DNA from: Nitrospinota bacterium
Lineage (GTDB): Bacteria; UBA8248
Length of the DNA: 50,908 bases
Direction: 5' to 3'
Assembly (NCBI GenBank): GCA_046581755.1
Contig: JAYGFR010000041.1
Coordinates: 1-50,908 of the forward strand
Part shown: in pieces, positions 30,575 to 41,033 of the stretch
Layout: every line of letters starts with the position of its first letter
Numbering within the stretch: the stretch's first letter is position 1
Position numbers and translations under genes: made by a program
The notes under the pieces: generated by a model
What the model was told of the DNA's origin: nothing
What the model saw: only the letters and a program-made list of their open reading frames with translations
Databases searched by the model: none

Positions 30575-31360
30575 TTGAAAATCATTTTCATCGGAGATGT
30601 AACCGGAAAGGTGGGTCGCCGGATGGTGGCGGCCCGTCTGCGCGGCCTCATCGACGAGCATAGCGCTGGGCTGTGCATCGTCAACGGTGAAAATGCGGCC
30701 GGTGGATTCGGCATTACGGCGGAAAATGCCGAGGAGTTGTTCGAGGCCGGAGCGGACGTCATTACGTCGGGCAACCATATATGGAACCGGAAGGAGGGGA
30801 CGGAGCTGATGATCCGCGAACCCCGCCTCCTCCGGCCCGCGAATTATCCATCCGGCACCCCGGGCCAGGGCCTGTTCATCGCCAAAACCACGGAAGGGCC
30901 CGTGGCCGTCATCAACCTGATGGGACGCGTGTTCATGCCCCCTGTCGATTGTCCGTTTCGAGACGCGGATCGGCTGCTTGGCGGGCTGGACTCCGAAATC
31001 CGGATGGTCTTCATCGATTTTCATGCCGAGGCGACGAGCGAAAAAGTTGCTCTGGGCTGGTATCTGGACGGCCGGGCGAGCGCCGTGATCGGGACGCATA
31101 CCCACGTTCAGACGGCGGATGGGCGGATTCTGCCCGGGGGGACGGCCTATATCTCGGACGCCGGAATGACCGGACCGGTCGATTCCGTTATCGGCATCAA
31201 AACATCGCTGGCCGTGGGGAAATTTCTTTCGGGCGTCCCCTGCCGCCTCGAGGCTTCGGGCGGAAAAGGCCAGATGAACGGGGCCGTGGTCGAGGTAAAT
31301 CCCGAGAGCGGGCGCGCCGTATCCATCCATCGGATTTTCGATCTGGAAGAGCGTTCCTGA
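30575..31360 (+). CDS. ymdB: YmdB-family (TIGR00282) metallophosphoesterase
   Basis: FIGDV, VNGENAAGGFG, TSGNH, DFHAEATSEK, GTHTHVQTAD. Confidence 0.94.
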   Translation: MKIIFIGDVTGKVGRRMVAARLRGLIDEHSAGLCIVNGENAAGGFGITAENAEELFEAGADVITSGNHIWNRKEGTELMIREPRLLRPANYPSGTPGQGLFIAKTTEGPVAVINLMGRVFMPPVDCPFRDADRLLGGLDSEIRMVFIDFHAEATSEKVALGWYLDGRASAVIGTHTHVQTADGRILPGGTAYISDAGMTGPVDSVIGIKTSLAVGKFLSGVPCRLEASGGKGQMNGAVVEVNPESGRAVSIHRIFDLEERS

Positions 31361-31369
31361 CGCGCGGCG

Positions 31370-31984
31370 CTAGCGGCGGGGATGACCGTTTCGGAGTGCG
31401 TCTTTCTTTTGAAAATGGCCCGATCGGCCCGCGAAAATCCCGGCAAGGATATTCAATCGCTCCCGCGCCGATTCGGATTCGAGAAGAATCTGCTTCTCCC
31501 GGACCGATAGGCCGAGAACGGCGCCCGCAAGGAATGACAACTTTTTCGGGTCCCGCCGTATTTCATCCGAGATGAGATCGGCGTCTTCCAGCTTATCCAG
31601 AATGGCCGCGATGATTTTTTCGGTCAGGGCAATCGAGGGCCTGCTCTCCGTCGAATCCTCCGGCGGATCGTCGAAGTATTCGGCCTCGGCGGTCAGGTAG
31701 GAGTGGTCCCGGTGGATGCGGAGGATTCGGAACCGATCCTCTCCCCGGGTCATGATGTTCATCCTCCCGTCCGGAAACTCCTCGGTGACTTCGGTGAGCC
31801 GCGCGGTGCACCCGGCGCTTCGAAATCCCGACTCCCCGGCCAACACGATGCCGAACGGGCGTTTCGTCTCCCGGCACTCTTGGATCATCTCTTTGTAGCG
31901 GTTCTCGAAAATATGAAGAGGCAGAATTTCCCCGGGCAGGAGAACCAAACGAAGGGGAAATAACGGCAAGAGATCGGTGGCCAT
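31370..31984 (-). CDS. Stand-alone LON peptidase substrate-binding (N-terminal) domain protein
   Basis: LPLFPLRLVLLPGEILPLHIFENRYKEMI, GCTA, DGRMNI..G..RFRI; no ATPase or protease domain. Confidence 0.9.
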   Translation of the reverse strand: MATDLLPLFPLRLVLLPGEILPLHIFENRYKEMIQECRETKRPFGIVLAGESGFRSAGCTARLTEVTEEFPDGRMNIMTRGEDRFRILRIHRDHSYLTAEAEYFDDPPEDSTESRPSIALTEKIIAAILDKLEDADLISDEIRRDPKKLSFLAGAVLGLSVREKQILLESESARERLNILAGIFAGRSGHFQKKDALRNGHPRR

Positions 31985-32152
31985 CCGGGATCTTATCTTA
32001 AACGCATTGATTTTTAAACATTTTTTCTGTCCGGAATTCTCCCGATGGCTAGCCGGAGAATCGCCCTGTATGGTATTTTCGAATGCCGGATTTTTTTGGT
32101 TCACGGCCTTTTCGGGTTCTGAATCCGATGGGAACTAAATGAGGGCAGGGAT

Positions 32153-33814
32153 GTGGCCGAGTCAAGCGCCAGCGCTGGGAATATGGGTTTGAGGGATGAT
32201 GGATTATCCGAAACGGGCCGCGCCGATGGGCCGGGGCGCTTTTCGACCTCTTCGGGAATTTCCATAAAACCTTCCTATGGCCCCGAAGATGTGGCCGGGG
32301 ATTCTCCCGCCGGAGAAATTGGCTCCCCCGGTGTTTTTCCATTTACTCGCGGCATTTACGGCGATATGTACCGCTCCAAGCTATGGACCATGCGCCAATA
32401 TGCCGGGTTCGGCACCGCCCGCGAGACGAACGAGCGTTTTCATTATCTTCTTTCCCATGGCCAGGATGGAATTTCGGTCGCTTTCGATTTGCCCACCCAG
32501 ATCGGATTCGATCCGGATCATTCCCTCGCTTTCGGCGAGGTGGGCAAGGTCGGGGTGTCCATCGCCTCCCTGGAGGATATGGAAACCCTTCTCGAGGGGC
32601 TAGCTCTCGATAAAATCTCCACCTCCATGACGATCAACGCGACCGCATCGATCCTGCTTTGTCTCTACCTTGCAGTTGCCGAGAAGAAGGGGGTGCCTTT
32701 CGAAGCGCTCAGAGGAACCGTCCAGAACGACATCCTCAAGGAATATATTTCCCGGGGGACCTATATCTACCCGCCCGGACCGAGCATGCGCCTCATCACC
32801 GACACCATCGCTTTTTGCAAGGAAAAGGTCCCCAAATGGAACGCCATATCCATCAGCGGGTATCATATTCGGGAGGCCGGCTCCACGGCGGTTCAGGAGG
32901 TCGCGTTCACCCTTGCCAACGGCGTGGCCTACGTTCAGGCTGCGGTGGATGCCGGTTTCGATGTAGACGAGATCGGGAGCCAGCTCTCGTTTTTCTTCAA
33001 CGTGCACAACCATTTCACCGAGGAAATCGCCAAGTTCCGGGCGGCGAGGCGCCTTTGGGCGAAGACGATGCGGAACCGCTTCGGGGCCAGGTCGGATAAG
33101 GCCTGTATGCTCCGGTATCATGCGCAGACGGCCGGAAGCGCGCTGACCGCTCAGCAGCCCAAGAACAACGTGGTGCGCGTGGCGATTCAGGCGATGGCGG
33201 CGCTTTTGGGCGGGACCCAATCGCTGCACACCAATTCGATGGACGAGGCCCTGGCGCTGCCGACCGAGGAGGCCGTGCGCATCGCCTTGCGGACGCAGCA
33301 AATCCTCGCGGAGGAGAGCCAGATCCCCAAGACGGTGGACCCATGCGCGGGCGCCTATGGTATCGAAGCGCTCACGAACGAAATCGAGAGCCGGGCGAAG
33401 GCCATCATCGGGCGGATCGACGGGATGGGCGGGATGCTGCGGGCTATCGAGGCGGGGTGGGTACAGCGGGAAATCCAGGAGAGCGCCTATAAAACCCAGC
33501 GCGCCGTGGACGAAGCCAAGGAGATCATCGTGGGCGTGAACCGGTATTCCGTCGAGGAGGAGCCGCCCATTCCGACGCTTCAGCTTCGCCCGGAGGTCGA
33601 GGAGGAACAGCGCGGGCGCCTGGAGGCCCTTCGCCGAAGGCGGGATTCGGAGGCCGTCTCCGTGCGCCTCGGCGCGGTCCGAGATGCCGCTCTTGGCGGG
33701 GAAAATACGATGCCGCGTATACTGGATGCCGTCCGCGCCCACGCCACCCTGGGCGAGATTTCGGACGTTTTTCGGGGCGTTTTCGGCGCCTACCGGGAAA
33801 GCGTGGAAATTTAA
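32153..33814 (+). CDS. Methylmalonyl-CoA mutase, substrate-binding large subunit (split type)
   Basis: [17 protein letters not shown] (Tyr determinant), [14 protein letters not shown] (Arg determinant), [11 protein letters not shown]; no B12-binding DxHxxG domain. Start may be 32183. Confidence 0.92.
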   Translation: MAESSASAGNMGLRDDGLSETGRADGPGRFSTSSGISIKPSYGPEDVAGDSPAGEIGSPGVFPFTRGIYGDMYRSKLWTMRQYAGFGTARETNERFHYLLSHGQDGISVAFDLPTQIGFDPDHSLAFGEVGKVGVSIASLEDMETLLEGLALDKISTSMTINATASILLCLYLAVAEKKGVPFEALRGTVQNDILKEYISRGTYIYPPGPSMRLITDTIAFCKEKVPKWNAISISGYHIREAGSTAVQEVAFTLANGVAYVQAAVDAGFDVDEIGSQLSFFFNVHNHFTEEIAKFRAARRLWAKTMRNRFGARSDKACMLRYHAQTAGSALTAQQPKNNVVRVAIQAMAALLGGTQSLHTNSMDEALALPTEEAVRIALRTQQILAEESQIPKTVDPCAGAYGIEALTNEIESRAKAIIGRIDGMGGMLRAIEAGWVQREIQESAYKTQRAVDEAKEIIVGVNRYSVEEEPPIPTLQLRPEVEEEQRGRLEALRRRRDSEAVSVRLGAVRDAALGGENTMPRILDAVRAHATLGEISDVFRGVFGAYRESVEI

Positions 33815-33815
33815 C

Positions 33816-34277
33816 ATGCGGCGGGTGGAGCCAGCCCTGTTGTTTGCGGCGGCCGGGCTGCTCCTCGTCCTGACGGCTCCCCGGGGGGGTTGGGGAGAGG
33901 AGGTTTCCCGGCTCCGGTTTTGCAACCCGGACGGGGGGATCCGCGCCGAAAAAAAGGCCGGAGGGGTCCGGATCCACTATGTGGACAAGCGGGGCCGCCC
34001 GCTGCGGATTGATTTTACGTTGAGCGGATGGAGGATCGAGACGGCGAGTTCGGGCGGGCGGATCAGTTGCGTTACGCTCGGCCGGATCGAGGAGGCTTCC
34101 AAGCCGGGCAGGGCGCCCGGAGCCGTGTCCAGGGACGTCCTCAGCGCCAGGGACGAGGTGATCGTTTACGGCGGGGCGTTTCAGGAGAAGGTGATTCTCC
34201 GCAGGGGCCAGCGCGTGATCATCCTCGGCGGCGAGAAAATAGTCATTGAAGAGACCGAAATTCTGCGTCCCGATTAA
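33816..34277 (+). CDS. Hypothetical exported protein
   Basis: Signal-peptide-like N-terminus MRRVEPALLFAAAGLLLVLTA; starts 1 nt after the mutase stop. Confidence 0.6.
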   Translation: MRRVEPALLFAAAGLLLVLTAPRGGWGEEVSRLRFCNPDGGIRAEKKAGGVRIHYVDKRGRPLRIDFTLSGWRIETASSGGRISCVTLGRIEEASKPGRAPGAVSRDVLSARDEVIVYGGAFQEKVILRRGQRVIILGGEKIVIEETEILRPD

Positions 34278-34341
34278 ATCGGACGCGCTCCAGGAAAAAT
34301 AAATAGGCGGCGATCGAGATGCGGGGGAGGCGTTACTCAAA

Positions 34342-36996
34342 ATGACCGGGAACGAAATCCGGAAGCTGTTTTTGGATTATTTCGGCGAAAAAGGGCACCG
34401 GGCCGTGCGGAGTTCGCCGCTCGTCCCCATGAACGATCCGACCCTGCTGTTCACCAATGCCGGGATGGTGCAATTCAAGGATACTTTCACGGGCCTCGAG
34501 CGCCGCGATTATTTGCGTGCCACGAGTTCGCAAAAATGCCTGAGGGTCAGCGGCAAGCACAACGACCTCGAAAATGTGGGCCGGACCGCCCGCCACCATA
34601 CGTTTTTCGAAATGCTGGGCAATTTCTCGTTCGGAGACTATTTCAAGGAAAAAGCGATCGAATTCGCCTGGGAGTTTCTCGTCGATCGGGCGGGCCTGGA
34701 CGGCGATCGGATGTGGATCACCATATTCCGCGAGGACGACGAGGCGGAAGAGTTGTGGCGCCGCCTCGTCGGCGTGCCGCCCGAACGCATTGTGCGGTGC
34801 GATGAGAAGGACAACTTCTGGGCCATGGGGGATACGGGGCCGTGCGGCCCCTGCTCGGAGTTGATTTACGATCAGGGCCCGCACATGGCGGGCGGCCCTC
34901 CCGGCAGCTCCGATGAGGATGGAGACCGCTACCTGGAGTTGTGGAACCTCGTTTTCATGCAGTTCGATCGGGACGCTTCGGGCAAGGCGAACCCGCTCCC
35001 CAAGCCCTCGGTGGATACCGGAATGGGGCTCGAGCGGCTCTCGGCGGTCCTCCAGGGCGAGAGCAGCAATTTTCATACGGATTTGCTGATGCCCGTCATC
35101 CACCACGTCGAAGAGATTTGCGAAAAGGCCTACGGCGGCAAGGACGAGAACACTCCCGACCCCAGGGCGGACGTATCCTTCCGGGTGATCGCGGACCATG
35201 TCCGCGCGGTCGGTTTCCTGATTGCCGACGGTGTATTGCCGGGCAACGAGGGGCGCGGCTATGTCCTTCGGCGAATCGCGCGGCGGGCCATGCGCCATGG
35301 CCGGATGCTGGGGATCGAGGAGCCTTTCCTCCACCGGGCGGCGGGGGTCCTCGCCGACATGATGGGAGATGCGTTTCCCGAGTTGCGGGAGAACCTGAAC
35401 TACATCTCGCGCGTGACGCTGGCCGAGGAGGAGCGTTTCTCGAACACCCTGGCCCAGGGCCAGCCCCGCATGGACGAGTTGTGCGGCCGGGTGGAAGCCT
35501 CCGGCGGCCGGACGGTCTCCGGGCAAGATGTATTCGTTCTTTTCGACACCTATGGCTACCCCTGGGATCTGGCTGTTGAGACGGCGGACCACCGCGGCCT
35601 CGAAATCGATCGCGCCGCGTTCGAGAGTTCCATGGAAGAGCAGCGCAAACGCGCGAGGGCGCACTGGAAAGGTTCGGGCGAAGAGGGCGTATCGCGAATT
35701 TGGCACGATGTCCGCCACTCGGCCGGAGCCACGGAATTTGTCGGCTACACCGAAACCGAAGCCGATACCGCCGTGGCAGCGATCGTGAGCGAGGGCGAGA
35801 TCAGGGAGGAAGCGGCCGAGGGCGGCGAGGTGGATGTGGTTCTCGCGAAAACGCCGTTTTATGCCGAATCGGGCGGACAAGTCGGTGACCTGGGCCACCT
35901 GACATGGCCGGACGGGGCGGCCGAGGTTTTGGATACGCAAAAACCCCTGCCCGATGTTTTTGTCCACCGCGTCCGGGTGGAGCGGGGAACGCTCAAGCGC
36001 GGCCAGGAGGTTCACGCCGCCATCGATGCCGGGCGCCGCGGCGCTTTGGTTCTGAACCACACGGCGACGCATATTCTCCAGTATGTCCTGCGGCGGGTTT
36101 TGGGAGACCACGTAAAACAAGCGGGTTCCCATCTTTCACGGGAGCGCCTGCGGTTCGATTTTTCTCATTTCTCCCAGATTACCCCGCGCGAAAAAGAGCG
36201 CATCGAAAACATCGTTAACGAGCGAATTCGCGAGAATGGCTCCGTTTCGACGGAGGTGCTGCCCATCGAAAAGGCGTTGGAGTCGGGGGCGACGGCGCTG
36301 TTCGGCGAGCGGTACGGGGAAGAGGTGCGGGTGGTCTCCGTCGGGGATTTCAGCAAGGAGCTATGCGGCGGGACGCACGCGAGCGCCTCGGGGGATATCG
36401 GATTTTTCCGGATTCTCCACGAAGGCAGCGTCGCCTCCGGAGTGCGCCGGATTGAGGCGGTGACGGGCGAAAACGCCCTGATGCAGGTGCGCCGCGAACA
36501 ATATGTCCTGGCGGAAATCGGGGAGCTGACCAAATCGGCTCCCCTCGAGGAAGCGGAGCGGGTCCGCAGGCTCCTGGAGCAGAACCGCTCCATGGAGCGC
36601 GAACTGCGGCGGATTCGGGACAAGCAATCGCTGGCCGAGGTGGGCGATCTTGCCAAGGAGGCACAGGACGTCGGCGGGGTGAAGGTTCTCGCCACCCGGC
36701 GGGACGGCCTCGAGCCGGGAAGCATGAGAGAGCTGATCGATGCCGCCAAGGGCAAGCTCAAGAGCGGCGTCGCCGTTCTCATTTCCGTGACCGACGGCAA
36801 GGTGTCCATCGCGGCGGGCGTCACGAAGGATCTTTCCGGCCGGATCCATGCGGGAAATCTCGTAAAGGACATGGCGGCCCGGGTTGGCGGAAAAGGCGGC
36901 GGGCGGCCCGATTTCGCGCAGGCGGGGGGACGCGACACCACGAAGGTGGACGAGGCATTGGCGGCCGTGCCGGCGATTATTGAAAAAATGGTTTAA
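34342..36996 (+). CDS. alaS: Alanine--tRNA ligase
   Basis: DPTLLFTNAGM, HHTFFEMLGNFSFGDYFK, GPCGPCSE, NHTATH, ELCGGTH, GGKGGGRPDFAQAGG. Confidence 0.98.
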   Translation: MTGNEIRKLFLDYFGEKGHRAVRSSPLVPMNDPTLLFTNAGMVQFKDTFTGLERRDYLRATSSQKCLRVSGKHNDLENVGRTARHHTFFEMLGNFSFGDYFKEKAIEFAWEFLVDRAGLDGDRMWITIFREDDEAEELWRRLVGVPPERIVRCDEKDNFWAMGDTGPCGPCSELIYDQGPHMAGGPPGSSDEDGDRYLELWNLVFMQFDRDASGKANPLPKPSVDTGMGLERLSAVLQGESSNFHTDLLMPVIHHVEEICEKAYGGKDENTPDPRADVSFRVIADHVRAVGFLIADGVLPGNEGRGYVLRRIARRAMRHGRMLGIEEPFLHRAAGVLADMMGDAFPELRENLNYISRVTLAEEERFSNTLAQGQPRMDELCGRVEASGGRTVSGQDVFVLFDTYGYPWDLAVETADHRGLEIDRAAFESSMEEQRKRARAHWKGSGEEGVSRIWHDVRHSAGATEFVGYTETEADTAVAAIVSEGEIREEAAEGGEVDVVLAKTPFYAESGGQVGDLGHLTWPDGAAEVLDTQKPLPDVFVHRVRVERGTLKRGQEVHAAIDAGRRGALVLNHTATHILQYVLRRVLGDHVKQAGSHLSRERLRFDFSHFSQITPREKERIENIVNERIRENGSVSTEVLPIEKALESGATALFGERYGEEVRVVSVGDFSKELCGGTHASASGDIGFFRILHEGSVASGVRRIEAVTGENALMQVRREQYVLAEIGELTKSAPLEEAERVRRLLEQNRSMERELRRIRDKQSLAEVGDLAKEAQDVGGVKVLATRRDGLEPGSMRELIDAAKGKLKSGVAVLISVTDGKVSIAAGVTKDLSGRIHAGNLVKDMAARVGGKGGGRPDFAQAGGRDTTKVDEALAAVPAIIEKMV

Positions 36997-37051
36997 TTTT
37001 TCGTTTTGCTTTTATGGGAGGGCTTGAGGGTATGGATGGCGGATTGATGTT

Positions 37052-38233
37052 TTGAGTGTGGCGTCAGGCGTGCGGGGGGAATCGAGAGTTCAAAAACGAA
37101 ATCTTCTATCCCTCGTCATCGTACATATCGCTAACGATTCGTACTTTGGCTTTCTTCCCCCCCTTCTTCCTCTGATTGTCGCACGGATGGATCTTCCCCT
37201 GAGTCTGGCGGGGCTCCTGGCCAGCATGTTCTCGTTCTCGGGAGCGGTCGGGCAGCCGCTGTTCGGCTATTTTTCGGATCGCCTCCGCAAGGGGGGGCTC
37301 ATCGCGCTTGGGCCTATCGGCGGGGCGCTCATGACCCTCCTTGTATATATGCCCAACTACGCTTCGATGCTTTTACTCCTTTTTATCGCGGGCGCGGGAT
37401 CGGCCTGTTTCCATCCGGTGGCCTCGGTCATCGCGTCGGAAATATCCGGGAAGCGAAAGGGATTCGGCGTTTCCGTGTATGTCGCCGGCGGGCGGATCGG
37501 GGTTGGGTTGGGAGCGGCGCTGTCCACCTTTCTCGTGACGACTTGGGGACTCGAATCGATTCCGCTCGGCGGCCTTCTGGGTGTGGCGGTCGGGATGCCG
37601 TTTTTCTTTATCGCCCCCAAAATCAAGAACCCCCTGGCCGATTCGCGGATGGACCTCCGGGAAACGATCCGCGCACTTTCCAAAATTATCCATCCGCTGT
37701 CGATCATGTGGCTGGTCAACCTGTGCCGGACGACGGTGACCATCGTTGTGAGCACGTATATGCCCCTTTATATCGTGGCTTCGGGCGGATCGATTGGAGC
37801 GGGAGGAAGGGCGCTGACGCTGTTCCTTTTCGCGGCGGCGATTGGCGGAGTTTATGGCGGGTATCTCTCCGATCGGATCGGGAGACGGGTTGTGATGATC
37901 GGGGGCCTGTTGCTGGGCACACCGCTGCTCGGCGTTACGTTTTTGATGCCGGAGCCGTATAGGACCGTTTTTCTGATGATTTCCGGGGCGGTGCTATACT
38001 CTCCCATGGGGGTTTCGGTGACGTATGCCCAGGAGGTGGCCCCGGAGAATAAGGCGCTGGTTTCGGGTTTTATGATGGGTGTCGTCTGGTTTTTCGGGAG
38101 CATGATCGCGATCGGGGTCGGTGCCCTGGGGGATGTTTTCGGGATTATCCCGGTCCTGCCCGCTGCCACGGTCGTGGTCGGCGGCATTGGCGCGGTTATC
38201 TCTTTTGCCCTGCCCGGGCTGGACAGGGCCTAA
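37052..38233 (+). CDS. MFS transporter (Fsr-like)
   Basis: HIANDSY, QPLFGYFSDR, FHP, GGYLSDRIGRR; about 12 TM segments. Confidence 0.9.
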   Translation: MSVASGVRGESRVQKRNLLSLVIVHIANDSYFGFLPPLLPLIVARMDLPLSLAGLLASMFSFSGAVGQPLFGYFSDRLRKGGLIALGPIGGALMTLLVYMPNYASMLLLLFIAGAGSACFHPVASVIASEISGKRKGFGVSVYVAGGRIGVGLGAALSTFLVTTWGLESIPLGGLLGVAVGMPFFFIAPKIKNPLADSRMDLRETIRALSKIIHPLSIMWLVNLCRTTVTIVVSTYMPLYIVASGGSIGAGGRALTLFLFAAAIGGVYGGYLSDRIGRRVVMIGGLLLGTPLLGVTFLMPEPYRTVFLMISGAVLYSPMGVSVTYAQEVAPENKALVSGFMMGVVWFFGSMIAIGVGALGDVFGIIPVLPAATVVVGGIGAVISFALPGLDRA

Positions 38234-38259
38234 AGGCAAAACCGCAATCGTTCACCCTC

Positions 38260-38673
38260 TTGAATATCGAGATGGGTCAGATGGCAGGAAAATTCGAGCA
38301 GCTTCGGGTCGAAAGGGAAATCGCCGAGGAAATGGCCAATACGCCGGGCCGGATCGGGCGAAAGCTGGCCCGCCATCACCGGGCTGTCTGGCAGGCGATG
38401 GCGGCTTGGGAGGCATGTCCGGACACCGCCGGAGACGGAAAAAAGCGCCTGAAAGAGACGCTTTCCCATGCGATGGATCTGGCGGAGAAGGCCCGCTATA
38501 AACTGATCGTTCAGCGCGAGGCGATAGGCCTTAGCGATCATGGCGAGGTGGAGAAAAAATTCCCTCTTCCCAAAATGCCTGGGCGGCCCCCGGCGGCGGG
38601 GGTCTCGGCTACCCCTCGTCTCTCTTTCGCCGGAGGATTTTTACGAGCTCGGCGTAGGAAGACCTCCGGATAA
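38260..38673 (+). CDS. Hypothetical protein, DUF6665-like
   Basis: EIAEEMANTPGRIGRKL...ARYKLIVQREAIGLSDH resembles the DUF6665 pattern (recalled, not searched). Start could be ATG 38272 or 38281; 3' end overlaps mlaC. Confidence 0.55.
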   Translation: MNIEMGQMAGKFEQLRVEREIAEEMANTPGRIGRKLARHHRAVWQAMAAWEACPDTAGDGKKRLKETLSHAMDLAEKARYKLIVQREAIGLSDHGEVEKKFPLPKMPGRPPAAGVSATPRLSFAGGFLRARRRKTSG

Positions 38674-39226
38674 TGGACCGGAACTGCTGCCGGTAAGTGT
38701 TGATCAGGCTGATTCCTTTGACCGCGACATCGTACACCCGCCACTTTCCGTCCACCTTGTGAAGACGGTAGGTGATCGGAATTTCCCGTTTCCGCTTCGT
38801 AACGATGACGGTTCTCACCTTAGCGTATTCTTCGTCGATCTCTTCTTTTGTGTACCGGATGACTTCATCCGTGTAGGATTCGATTTTCCCGATATAGTTT
38901 TTTTCTATCAATCCGCTGAATAAATCGACAAATTCGATGCGTTCCTTGGATGTGCGTTTTCTCCATTGGCGGGCCAGCGACCGCCGGGACATTTCCTTGA
39001 AGTCGAACTGCTTTTCAATGGCGCTTCGCAGCTTGGCCCGCCGGACGGATTTTTGGCCGTCCATTTTGAGTTTGGGGTCACGGAGGATCTTTAGCACCGA
39101 ATCGATCCCCGCTTTTACCCGATTGGTGGCTTCGCCGGCATTTACGCCGTTCGCGGCGAGCGTAAAACAAAGGGCAAGAGCGGCCAGAATAAAGATAGAC
39201 CGTTTGAGGAAGGGAATTTCATTCAT
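38609..39226 (-). CDS. mlaC: MlaC/Ttg2D phospholipid-binding periplasmic protein
   Basis: Signal peptide; FDFKEMSRRSL..W, WRVYDVAVKGISLINTYRQQF. Confidence 0.9.
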   Translation of the reverse strand: MNEIPFLKRSIFILAALALCFTLAANGVNAGEATNRVKAGIDSVLKILRDPKLKMDGQKSVRRAKLRSAIEKQFDFKEMSRRSLARQWRKRTSKERIEFVDLFSGLIEKNYIGKIESYTDEVIRYTKEEIDEEYAKVRTVIVTKRKREIPITYRLHKVDGKWRVYDVAVKGISLINTYRQQFRSIIRRSSYAELVKILRRKRDEG

Positions 39227-39434
39227 GGATTCGAAATCTCCGGTTGAATGCTGCCCGCCCCTCTGGGCTCTGCCGCGGGCTTGGGTCGGGGGGAGAATAT
39301 ACTCTTTCATCGTACAATATCCGGGTCCGGTGAGAAGCGGTTTTCTGCCCCGAGAATCGCCCCATCCTGTTTCCGGGACGCGGTAACCGATAAAATTTCG
39401 ATTGATAATGTTCGTGACGCCTCGGTTTGCGTAT

Positions 39435-39878
39435 TTATTTCACCTTCCCAAAGATGAAATCGCCGATTAATTTTTCGATATCGATGGGAGGCTCGGTCTC
39501 CCTGATTTTCCCGCCGGGTCTTATCATGGCGCTCGACCCTCCCAATGAAAGACGAATATATTTATCCCCCAAAATTCCCTTCGTCCGGATGGAGGCGATC
39601 GAATCTTTGCTCAGTTTGATCGAATCGTCGAGTTGAAGGGTGACCAGGGCGTCCTCTCCGGAAAGGCCGATGGCCTGGATGCGGCCGACTTTGACGCCCG
39701 CTATTTCGACCGACGCGCCCACCCGGAGGCCCGATACCGAAGTGAACTTGGCTGTGAAGTTGTAGGTGCCCGCCGGAAACAGGTCCAGGCCTCCCAAGCG
39801 AACCGATATCATGGCCAGCGCGATGATTCCGGCCAGGACAAATATGCCGACGGTAAGCTCAATGGATCGTTGCGACAA
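39435..39878 (-). CDS. mlaD: MlaD MCE-domain protein
   Basis: ELTVGIFV, FTSVSGLRVGASVEIAGVKVGRI, IRTKGILGDKYI. Confidence 0.93.
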   Translation of the reverse strand: MSQRSIELTVGIFVLAGIIALAMISVRLGGLDLFPAGTYNFTAKFTSVSGLRVGASVEIAGVKVGRIQAIGLSGEDALVTLQLDDSIKLSKDSIASIRTKGILGDKYIRLSLGGSSAMIRPGGKIRETEPPIDIEKLIGDFIFGKVK

Positions 39879-39895
39879 TTTTCAGTTCCTTTCCG

Positions 39896-40717
39896 TCAGT
39901 ACAGAAGTGAGGTCATTACATAGTCGCCAATCAGGATCAGAACGGTCGAAAGAACGACCGCGGAGGTGGTCGCTTTTCCGACGCCCTCGGCGCCATGCCC
40001 GCAATGATATCCTTTATAAGAACAGACCCACGTCACCAGAACCGCGAAAAGCAAAGATTTCCAACATCCGCCGAGGATGTCGGACATCAGCACCTGCGCC
40101 CTCATATGACCAAAATATGTCCCGCTGCTCAACCCCAGAAGCTTCACCCCGACGAGATAGCCCCCAAAAATGCCCACAATGTCGAAGAACACGGTCAGAA
40201 TCGGAATTGCCACGATCCCGGCGGCGATGCGGGGGGAGGCGAGCCTCTGGACGGGGTTCACGGCCATGCTTTTGAGGGCGTCCACCTGCTCGGTGATGAC
40301 CATGATTCCGATTTCGGCCGTCATGGCCGAGCCGGCGCGCCCGGTGACCACCATTGCGGTCAGGACCGGGCCCAGCTCCCGGATTAAACTCAGCGCCACC
40401 GCCGGGCCGAGCAACCCCTCGGAGCTGAATTTTTGCAGCGTGTAAAAACCTTGAAGGGCCAGCACCATCCCCGTGAACAGGGAGGTGAGGAGGACGATGG
40501 ACAAGGAGCCGACCCCGATAAAATAGATTTGGCGGATGATGAGCGATGGGCGCCAGGGGGGACGGGCGAGGTAGTAGACCGAGGCGGCCAGGAAAATGGC
40601 CATTTTCCCCATCTCGGAGACGAATTCCAGCGTCCCCGCCCCGAGGGACGATATCTTGCACGTAAGGGTTGAGCCTAATGAGAGGTCCGAAAGGCCGTCT
40701 CGATTTTCCGGTGACAC
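39896..40717 (-). CDS. mlaE: MlaE ABC permease
   Basis: IGVGSL, RELGPVLTA..VTGRAGSAMTAEIG.M..TEQVDAL, GAEGVGKATTSAVV. Confidence 0.94.
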   Translation of the reverse strand: MSPENRDGLSDLSLGSTLTCKISSLGAGTLEFVSEMGKMAIFLAASVYYLARPPWRPSLIIRQIYFIGVGSLSIVLLTSLFTGMVLALQGFYTLQKFSSEGLLGPAVALSLIRELGPVLTAMVVTGRAGSAMTAEIGIMVITEQVDALKSMAVNPVQRLASPRIAAGIVAIPILTVFFDIVGIFGGYLVGVKLLGLSSGTYFGHMRAQVLMSDILGGCWKSLLFAVLVTWVCSYKGYHCGHGAEGVGKATTSAVVLSTVLILIGDYVMTSLLY

Positions 40718-41033
40718 TTCAGATTGTCCGTCCTTGGGGAATCAAGGCCCATGCGAGGGGCGGCTGTTATGGCGGTCGGTGAAGATTGCCTCGGAAATGC
40801 TGAAATATTTCCGTGGGTAGTGTATCTTCCCCTATTGTCCGTTGGCAATGATCTTTTGAAGATCTCCTTCAGGGTATTGATTTTTGAGAGAGACGCAATA
40901 ATACCCCCGAAATCCGGGTTTCAGCGGGTTTCCGGGGCCGGGTTTACGAGGCAAGAGGCACCCCCCCCAGAGGCCGCCCGCCCGTTTGTGGCCGGCGGGG
41001 CCGTTTGGGGGCCATTTTTCCTGGAGATGAACC

